This document shows, in pieces, positions 57,319 through 64,000 of a stretch of DNA of 64,000 nucleotides. Both the position numbers and the translations under genes were made by a program. Below the pieces are notes generated by a model. It was not told the DNA's origin. It was given only the letters and a program-made list of their open reading frames with translations, and made no database searches. How positions within the stretch are numbered: position 1 is the first letter of the stretch; every line of letters begins with the position of its first letter. The DNA lies in assembly GCA_947593355.1 (NCBI GenBank), contig CANQDO010000001.1:169-64168 (forward strand), read 5' to 3'. Source of the stretch: an uncultured Clostridia bacterium (GTDB lineage: Bacteria > Bacillota > Clostridia > TANB77 > CAG-508).

Positions 57319-58725
57319 TTGGACCACACATTTGAACAATACATAGAAAAAGTAAAAGAGTTAAATGAAGGTAAAAATTTAAAATATTATATATTAACAA
57401 TGGGTTGCCAATTAAATGAAAACGATTCAGAAAAGCTTGGCGGAATGCTAACAAAAATGGGTTATGCAGAAACTAATAATCAAGAAGATGCTAATATATT
57501 AATTTATAACACTTGTTGTGTTAGAGAAAACGCAGAAGAAAAGTTGTTTGGCAAAATTGGTGAAGTAAAAAGGCAAAAGGAGGAAAAGGGCACTATTATA
57601 GCCATAGGTGGGTGTATGATGCAAGAACAACATATATTAGACAAAATTAAACAAAGTTATCCATATGTTGACATTATTTTTGGTACACATACTCTTCACA
57701 AACTTCCAGAAGATATATACAAAATTTTAAATAATAGGAAAAAAATAGAAGATATTTTATATATTGATGGTGAAGTAATAGAAGGCTTGCCAATTAAAAG
57801 AAATGATAATATAAAAGCATCTGTTACAATAATGAATGGTTGCAATAATTTTTGTAGTTATTGTATAGTTCCTTATGTAAGAGGAAGAGAAAGAAGTAGG
57901 CATCCAAAAGACATTTTAGACGAGATACAAGCTTTAGCAAATAAAGGTTATAAAGAAATAACTTTATTAGGTCAAAATGTAAATTCATATTTAAGGTCTG
58001 AAAAAGAGAATGGAAAAATAAAAGAAATGGAATATAAAGGAATAAATTCGTTCGCAACTTTATTAAGAGCAGTAAATGAAATAGATGGAATAGAAATAAT
58101 TAGGTTTATATCTCCACACCCAAAAGATTTTACAGATGACGTAATAGAAGCGATTAAAGAGTGCAAAAAAGTATGCAAACTAATACACTTACCTTTGCAA
58201 TCTGGAAGTACGCAAGTACTAAAAGCAATGAATAGAAAATATACAAAAGAGCAATATTTGGCTCTAGTAGATAAAATGAAAAAGGTAATACCAGGTGTTG
58301 TATTTACAACAGATATTATAGTTGGTTTTCCAGGAGAAACAGAAGCCGATTTGGAAGATACATTAGATGTTGTTAGAAAAGTTAATTTTGAGCAAGTATT
58401 TATGTTTATATATTCAAGAAGAGTTGGAACTCCTGGGGACAAAATGGAAAATCAAATTCCAGAAGAAATAAAACATCAAAGGTTTAATAAATTAAAAGAA
58501 TTAGTAGAAAGTCAAATACAGGCTAGAAATAAAGAATATATAGGAACAGTTCAAAATGTATTAATAGAAGGCACTAGCAAAAATAATGAAAATATGCTAA
58601 CTGGAAGAACTTATTCAAATAAAGTAGTCGTTTTCGAAGGAAGTAAAGACTTGATTGGAAAAATGGTAGATTTAAAAATTGTTTCAGAGCATATGTGGTA
58701 TTTAAAAGGAGAAACAATAGATTAA
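57319..58725 (+). CDS. miaB: tRNA-i6A37 methylthiotransferase MiaB (radical SAM)
   Basis: YYILTMGCQLNENDSE (MTTase N-terminal), CNNFCSYC radical SAM cluster, and a TRAM C-terminus. TTG start after GAGAGG. Confidence 0.9.
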   Translation: MDHTFEQYIEKVKELNEGKNLKYYILTMGCQLNENDSEKLGGMLTKMGYAETNNQEDANILIYNTCCVRENAEEKLFGKIGEVKRQKEEKGTIIAIGGCMMQEQHILDKIKQSYPYVDIIFGTHTLHKLPEDIYKILNNRKKIEDILYIDGEVIEGLPIKRNDNIKASVTIMNGCNNFCSYCIVPYVRGRERSRHPKDILDEIQALANKGYKEITLLGQNVNSYLRSEKENGKIKEMEYKGINSFATLLRAVNEIDGIEIIRFISPHPKDFTDDVIEAIKECKKVCKLIHLPLQSGSTQVLKAMNRKYTKEQYLALVDKMKKVIPGVVFTTDIIVGFPGETEADLEDTLDVVRKVNFEQVFMFIYSRRVGTPGDKMENQIPEEIKHQRFNKLKELVESQIQARNKEYIGTVQNVLIEGTSKNNENMLTGRTYSNKVVVFEGSKDLIGKMVDLKIVSEHMWYLKGETID

Positions 58726-58875
58726 AAGCGATATTATTAAGAGGGATAAGAGACAATTAAGATAGATAAGAGATTATTAAGCTAGATGAGAGGCTGTTAA
58801 AATGAATAAATGGCCTAAAGGTAGTAAATTGATATTTAATTGAGCAAACTATAGATAGTAAAAGGAGAAAAAATT

Positions 58876-61488
58876 ATGGCAGAGTTTTCACCTATGATGC
58901 AACGTTATTTAGAAACTAAAAAAGAATATGAAGATTGTATATTGTTTTATCGTTTAGGAGATTTTTACGAAATGTTTTTTGACGATGCAATAACTGCTTC
59001 AAGAGAATTAGAATTAACCCTAACGGGAAAGCTATGTGGGCAGGAAGAAAGAGCACCAATGTGTGGTGTACCTTTTCATGCAGCAGAAACGTATATTTCA
59101 AAGCTAATAGAAAAAGGTTACAAAGTTGCAATATGTGAGCAGTTAGAAGATCCAAAAGAAGCAAAAGGAATAGTTGAAAGAGGTGTAATAAGAGTAGTTA
59201 CACCTGGTACTGTAATAGAAAGTAACCTTTTAGATGAAAAAAAGAATAACTATATAATGTCAATATATAAATCTAGTACATTTTTTGGAATTAGTGTTTG
59301 TGATGTTTCAACAGGTGATTTTAGAACAACACAAATAACAGAAGGAAACAATTTTCCTAAATTATTAGATGAAATTTCAAGATATTCACCAGCAGAACTT
59401 GTTGTAAATCCATTTATGTATGATTCTACAGAAGAAATAAACAAAATAAAGGAAAGATTTCAAGTATATGTTTCAAAAATAAAGGAAGATGATTTTCATC
59501 CACAATATGAAGAATTGCTAAAGAAATATAACTTCACTGATGAAAAAAATAATAGCATAGAAGATATGCAAGAAAAATTAGTAGCTATTAGTTCAATAAA
59601 TGGCTTATTAAAATATTTGCTAGATACGCAAAAAACTAATTTAGATCATATAAACAGAATAATTTATTATAATTCAACAAAATATATGTCATTAGATATA
59701 AATGCAAGAAGAAACCTAGAAATTACAGAAAAAATGAGAGATAAATCTAAAAAAGGAACTCTTTTATGGGTACTAGATAAAACTTCTACTTCAATGGGAG
59801 GAAGGCTTTTGAGAAGATGGCTAAACGACCCATTAATAGATGTGGCAGAAATAAGCCAAAGGTTAGATGCAGTGAAAGAATTAAAAGAAAATGTCATGTT
59901 AAGAGGAGACATTGTTGAGGCATTAAAAAAAGTATACGATATAGAAAGGTTAGCAGGTAAAATTTCTTATGGTAATGCAAATGGTAGAGATTTAATTTCA
60001 TTAAAAAATTCAGCAAAACAGTTACCAGATGTAAAAAAGGTTTTACAAAGCACAAAGTCTAACAAATTACAAGAATTATATACAAATTTAGATGAATTAG
60101 TAGATATATATGAATTAATAGATAAGGCAATAGTAGACGAACCTCCTATACCAGTTAAAGAAGGAGGAATTATAAAATTAGGTTATGATGAAGAAATAGA
60201 TACTTTAAAAAGAGCAACTACTGATGGCAAAAAGTGGATTGTAGAATTAGAGGCAAAAGAAAGAGAGGCAACAGGAATAAAAGGTTTAAAAGTAGGCTTT
60301 AATAGAGTATTTGGATATTATTTAGAAGTAACAAAATCAAATTTAAGTCAAGTTCCAGATAGATATATAAGAAAACAAACATTAACTACAGGAGAAAGGT
60401 TTGTAACAGAAGAATTAAAAAATTTGGAGAATCAAATATTAGGAGCAGAGGAAAAAGTTGTAAACCTAGAATACAATGCTTTTGTAGAAATTAGAGATGA
60501 AATAGATAGAAACATAAAAAGGTTAAAACAAACGGCCGAAGTAATTTCTACATTGGACGTATTATGCTCATTTGCAACAGTTGCAGAAGACTTAAATTAT
60601 GTAGAACCTATAGTAGATAATAGTGGAGTAATAGAAATAAGAGAGGGAAGACACCCTGTAATAGAAAAAATGTTACCAGCAGGAAGCTTTGTACAAAACG
60701 ATACATATTTAGATAAAGGAGAATCAAGGCTTGCAATAATAACAGGACCAAACATGGCAGGAAAATCTACTTATATGAGGCAAGTAGCCTTAATTACATT
60801 AATGGCTCAATGTGGAAGTTTCGTGCCAGCATCTTATGCAAGAATAGGTGTTGTAGATAAAATATTTACAAGAGTTGGAGCATCAGATGACTTAAGCATG
60901 GGTCAAAGTACATTTATGGTAGAAATGATGGAAGTTGCAACAATTTTAAGGAATGCTACATCAAATAGTTTAGTTGTATTAGATGAAATAGGTAGAGGAA
61001 CATCAACTTATGATGGATTATCTATTGCATGGGCAGTTGCAGAATACATTGTAAGTAAAGAAAACTGTGGAGCAAAAACTCTATTTGCAACACATTATCA
61101 TGAATTAACAGATTTGGAAAATAAACTAGATGGAATTAAAAACTACTCAATAGCTGTAAAGGAAAAAGGCGAAGATATTATATTTTTAAGGAAAATAGTA
61201 TCTGGTGGAACGGACGAAAGCTATGGTGTTCACGTAGCAAGGCTTGCAGGGGTTCCAAAACCTGTAACGCAAAGAGCAAATGAAATACTTAAATCTTTGG
61301 AAAGAAAGAATATTTTAAATGGAAATGCTATTGAAAAGCAGAGTAAAAAGGTTGTTGAGGGTCAGCTAGATATGAGCAATTATAAACTTGCTGAAATTGC
61401 AACAGAGCTTGATAAAGTTGATTTAAATCAATTAACTCCTATTGATGCGTTAAATACTTTGGTAAAAATAAAGGAAAAAATGAAGTAA
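58876..61488 (+). CDS. mutS: DNA mismatch repair protein MutS
   Basis: MAEFSPMMQRYLETKKEY..., Walker A GPNMAGKST, and STF/MVEM motifs. The stop codon lies inside MITE copy C. Confidence 0.95.
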   Translation: MAEFSPMMQRYLETKKEYEDCILFYRLGDFYEMFFDDAITASRELELTLTGKLCGQEERAPMCGVPFHAAETYISKLIEKGYKVAICEQLEDPKEAKGIVERGVIRVVTPGTVIESNLLDEKKNNYIMSIYKSSTFFGISVCDVSTGDFRTTQITEGNNFPKLLDEISRYSPAELVVNPFMYDSTEEINKIKERFQVYVSKIKEDDFHPQYEELLKKYNFTDEKNNSIEDMQEKLVAISSINGLLKYLLDTQKTNLDHINRIIYYNSTKYMSLDINARRNLEITEKMRDKSKKGTLLWVLDKTSTSMGGRLLRRWLNDPLIDVAEISQRLDAVKELKENVMLRGDIVEALKKVYDIERLAGKISYGNANGRDLISLKNSAKQLPDVKKVLQSTKSNKLQELYTNLDELVDIYELIDKAIVDEPPIPVKEGGIIKLGYDEEIDTLKRATTDGKKWIVELEAKEREATGIKGLKVGFNRVFGYYLEVTKSNLSQVPDRYIRKQTLTTGERFVTEELKNLENQILGAEEKVVNLEYNAFVEIRDEIDRNIKRLKQTAEVISTLDVLCSFATVAEDLNYVEPIVDNSGVIEIREGRHPVIEKMLPAGSFVQNDTYLDKGESRLAIITGPNMAGKSTYMRQVALITLMAQCGSFVPASYARIGVVDKIFTRVGASDDLSMGQSTFMVEMMEVATILRNATSNSLVVLDEIGRGTSTYDGLSIAWAVAEYIVSKENCGAKTLFATHYHELTDLENKLDGIKNYSIAVKEKGEDIIFLRKIVSGGTDESYGVHVARLAGVPKPVTQRANEILKSLERKNILNGNAIEKQSKKVVEGQLDMSNYKLAEIATELDKVDLNQLTPIDALNTLVKIKEKMK

Positions 61489-61752
61489 ACTAATAGGGAC
61501 GGGGTTAAATAGTTTAGTGAAAATGTATTAAAATATCTGCAAAACATTAATATATTATTTATTTAGTAACATTTTGTGGGGACCAGCAAATTATAGCTTG
61601 TAAAAAAATTTATTTTGTAAAACTTGTTTTGCATAAATAAATTTTTACACAAGCTATTATGTAGCTGGGAGTTACTAAATAAATAATATATTCATGTTTT
61701 GCAATACAGTAATTAATTCACTAAACTATTTAACCCCGTCCCTATTAGTTTA
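61486..61752. mobile_element. MITE-like element, copy C (interior inverted relative to A and B)
   Basis: Same 35-bp TIRs. The TAA of mutS is the first three bases of the TIR. Confidence 0.8.
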
Positions 61753-61843
61753 CTTGAAAATTGTGTAAAGATATGCTATAATAGCGATATGATTTTTTAG
61801 AAACACATAGAAAGCATTTTATAAAAGCTGAAAGGAGCACAAA

Positions 61844-62317
61844 ATGGAAGAAATTATTAAAAAAGCAGAAGAGGTGTACCAAAATCGGAAAGCAAAACTT
61901 GAAGAAATGAGAGAGGTTCGAGAAAAAGAAAAACAAAGAAGAGAGGAATTATTAAATGCAAAAGCAAAAAAAATAGTTCCATTAATTTTAGAGTTGTTTG
62001 ACATGTATGAGCCTAATAATGACAATATGGTTACGAGAATTCTTATAGGCTGTTCTGATTCCATAGGGTTGTATTGCAAAATTAGTTTTAATAAAAACAG
62101 TTCAATGGATTATGACATAAGAGAGTTGGAGGACAAGAAATATGCACCTATAAAAGAAGCTTTTAAAGAAATAAATGAAGTGCAAACGGAAGAAAATATC
62201 AAAGTATGGCAGAAGTGTATTGATATATTCAGACAATTAGAGCATTTTGAAATTGTCGCATTAGAAAATGAAAAGTATAAGCCAGAGTTTGTGTATGCAA
62301 TAATAGGTATTGTGTAA
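61844..62317 (+). CDS. hypothetical protein with N-terminal coiled coil
   Basis: RBS GAAAGGAG. 157 aa. Confidence 0.5.
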   Translation: MEEIIKKAEEVYQNRKAKLEEMREVREKEKQRREELLNAKAKKIVPLILELFDMYEPNNDNMVTRILIGCSDSIGLYCKISFNKNSSMDYDIRELEDKKYAPIKEAFKEINEVQTEENIKVWQKCIDIFRQLEHFEIVALENEKYKPEFVYAIIGIV

Positions 62318-62481
62318 TATGTGCTAAGTAAGCAGAGATGTAATATCTCTGCTTTTTCAAAATTTTGTAAAAATTTATAGAAAAATGTTTACTTTTATCG
62401 AAAAGTTTTATACAATAAAGGTGTAGAGGTAAAATTATATTTAACTAAAGAAAATAAATTGAAGGGAGAACCAAAAAGCCT

Positions 62482-63774
62482 ATGAAAATATTAATGTTAA
62501 CATGGGAATATCCACCAAGAATAGTTGGAGGAATAGCTAGAGTAGTAAATGACTTATCAAAAAGGCTTATAAAAGATGGACATGATGTAACAGTTGTAAC
62601 ATATAGAGATGGAGATACACCATATTTTGAAAATGACAAAGGAGTTAAAGTATATAGAGTAGATAATTACATGATAAGACCAAACAATTTTATAGATTGG
62701 ATTATGCAATTAAACTTTAATATGGTTGCAAAAGCATCTGAAATAATTGAACAAGAAGGTAAGTTTGATGTTATACATGCACATGACTGGCTTGTTGCCA
62801 ATAGTGCAAAAACTTTAAAACATGCCTTTGGAATACCAGTAGTTTCTACAATACATGCAACAGAAGCAGGTAGAAATGGTGGTGTGCATGATGAAACACA
62901 AAGATATATAAACGATACAGAATGGATGCTTACATATGAATCTACAGAAGTAATAGTAAACAGTAATTTCATGAAAAGCCACGTTCAAGGTTTATTTGGA
63001 TTACCTTTTGATAAAATAAATGTTATACCAAATGGAATTAATTTAACTAATTTTAATGGAGTAGAAAGAGATTACGATTTTAGAAGACAATATGCAGCAG
63101 ATAATGAAAAAATTATACTTTACATGGGACGTTTAGTATATGAAAAAGGAATTCAACATTTAATATCAGCAATGCCAAAAATATTAAATGGATATAATGA
63201 TACAAAACTTATAATAGCTGGAAAAGGCGGAATGTTTGATGAATTAAAGGCACAAGCAGAACATATGGGAATAGGAAATAAAGTATATTTTACAGGATAT
63301 TTAAATAGTAAACAAGTACAAAAAATGTATAAATGTGCAGACATTGCAGTATTTCCAAGTACGTATGAGCCATTTGGAATAGTTGCACTAGAAGCAATGC
63401 TTGCAGGAGTACCAACAGTAGTATCAGATGTTGGAGGACTTAATGAAATAATAGAGCATGGTGTAAATGGAATGAAGAGCTATGCTGGAAATCCAAATTC
63501 AATAGCAGACTCAATACTAACATTATTATATGATCACCAATTATGTGCTACAGTTGCAAAAAATGCTAAAGCTAAAGTTAAAGAAGAATATAACTGGAAC
63601 AAAATAGCACAAGATACACACTTTACATATCAAAAAGCAATCTGCAAAACAGTAGCAGAGCATCAAAGAAATCAAATTGAACAAGAAAATGCAAAGAAAA
63701 CAAAGAAAGCAAAAAATACAGAAGCAGAAATTACAAATTTATTAAGTTTCAAGAAAAAACATGCATATGCTTAA
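62482..63774 (+). CDS. family 4-like (GT-B) glycosyltransferase
   Basis: MKILMLTWEYPPRIVGGIARVV... is an N-terminal GT4 motif. The C-terminus has an EX7E-like region and a Lys-rich tail. Confidence 0.75.
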   Translation: MKILMLTWEYPPRIVGGIARVVNDLSKRLIKDGHDVTVVTYRDGDTPYFENDKGVKVYRVDNYMIRPNNFIDWIMQLNFNMVAKASEIIEQEGKFDVIHAHDWLVANSAKTLKHAFGIPVVSTIHATEAGRNGGVHDETQRYINDTEWMLTYESTEVIVNSNFMKSHVQGLFGLPFDKINVIPNGINLTNFNGVERDYDFRRQYAADNEKIILYMGRLVYEKGIQHLISAMPKILNGYNDTKLIIAGKGGMFDELKAQAEHMGIGNKVYFTGYLNSKQVQKMYKCADIAVFPSTYEPFGIVALEAMLAGVPTVVSDVGGLNEIIEHGVNGMKSYAGNPNSIADSILTLLYDHQLCATVAKNAKAKVKEEYNWNKIAQDTHFTYQKAICKTVAEHQRNQIEQENAKKTKKAKNTEAEITNLLSFKKKHAYA

Positions 63775-63787
63775 AATATTAAACAAT

Positions 63788-63997
63788 TAAACTATTAGGG
63801 ACGGGGTTAAATAGTTTAATACAACAATGTAATTTTAAAGTTACCATTAAACTTTTAGGGACGGTGCTAAATAGTTTAGTGGAAATTACTAATGTTGTAT
63901 ATTAAAAAAATTATTCCACTAAACTATTTAGCACCGTCCCTAAAAGTTTAACTAAATAAAATTGAATTAAACTATTTAACCCCGTCCCTAATAGTTT
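63788..63997. mobile_element. MITE-like element, copy D: an inner minimal element (63848-63950, variant TIR with GGTGC) nested between an outer TIR pair (variant AACTATTAGGG)
   Basis: Two nested perfect TIR pairs read directly. The window ends at 64000. Confidence 0.7.
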
Positions 63998-64000
63998 AAT

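Overview
This 64-kb window is AT-rich (about 28-30% GC) chromosomal DNA from a Clostridium-like low-GC Firmicute. Almost all genes are on the + strand.

Gene content, in order:
- (a) 60-1416: a Panacea/DUF4065 (PanA/SocA-like) gene overlapping a gene for a coiled-coil three-TM protein. This is a candidate toxin-antitoxin or abortive-infection pair.
- (b) 1.7-14.1 kb: a Wzx/Wzy-type cell-wall polysaccharide locus. It encodes Wzx, a PglC-like priming sugar-phosphate transferase, DUF4422, GT2, a Stealth hexose-1-phosphotransferase, a Wzy-like polymerase fused to a LicD phosphotransferase domain, frameshifted TarI plus an SDR reductase (CDP-ribitol-like), Glf (galactofuranose) and an LCP ligase. 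This points to a phosphodiester-linked, teichoic-acid-like polymer.
- (c) 14.2-18.7 kb: DUF362, a GH123/DUF4091-like hydrolase, a dGTPase and an MBL hydrolase.
- (d) 18.8-23.6 kb: a 1264-aa secreted transglutaminase-like protein with a cohesin-like module and a C-terminal type-I dockerin, followed by an LPXTG-anchored cohesin protein. This is a surface cohesin-dockerin pair.
- (e) 24.1-30.1 kb: an acyltransferase, a PBP5-type DD-carboxypeptidase, a C39-like peptidase, a VanRS-like two-component system and an HD hydrolase.
- (f) 30.2-31.5 kb: an ORF6N protein with a PLD-like C-terminal half, then an array of five palindromes sharing a GTNNC-AAATT-GNNAC core.
- (g) 31.5-46.3 kb: housekeeping genes asnB, rpmF, der, plsY, gpsA, dtd, RNase P RNA, a frameshifted rluD-like gene, pta and two tandem ack paralogs.
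- (h) 46.5-51.2 kb: a LysM/TM mini-protein (YneA-like), a GT2/GT1 pair and two genes of unknown function.
- (i) 51.3-63.8 kb: a doubly frameshifted orphan spoVFB, ftsY, a UPF0182 protein, rpmE, miaB, mutS and a GT4 glycosyltransferase.

Four copies of a roughly 270-bp near-palindromic MITE-like element with perfect 35-bp terminal inverted repeats sit immediately at gene 3' ends; in three cases the repeat overlaps the host stop codon.

All four gene-disrupting frameshifts (tarI, rluD, spoVFB twice) can be explained by one extra C immediately 5' of GGAA.

No tRNA, rRNA or CRISPR array was found.
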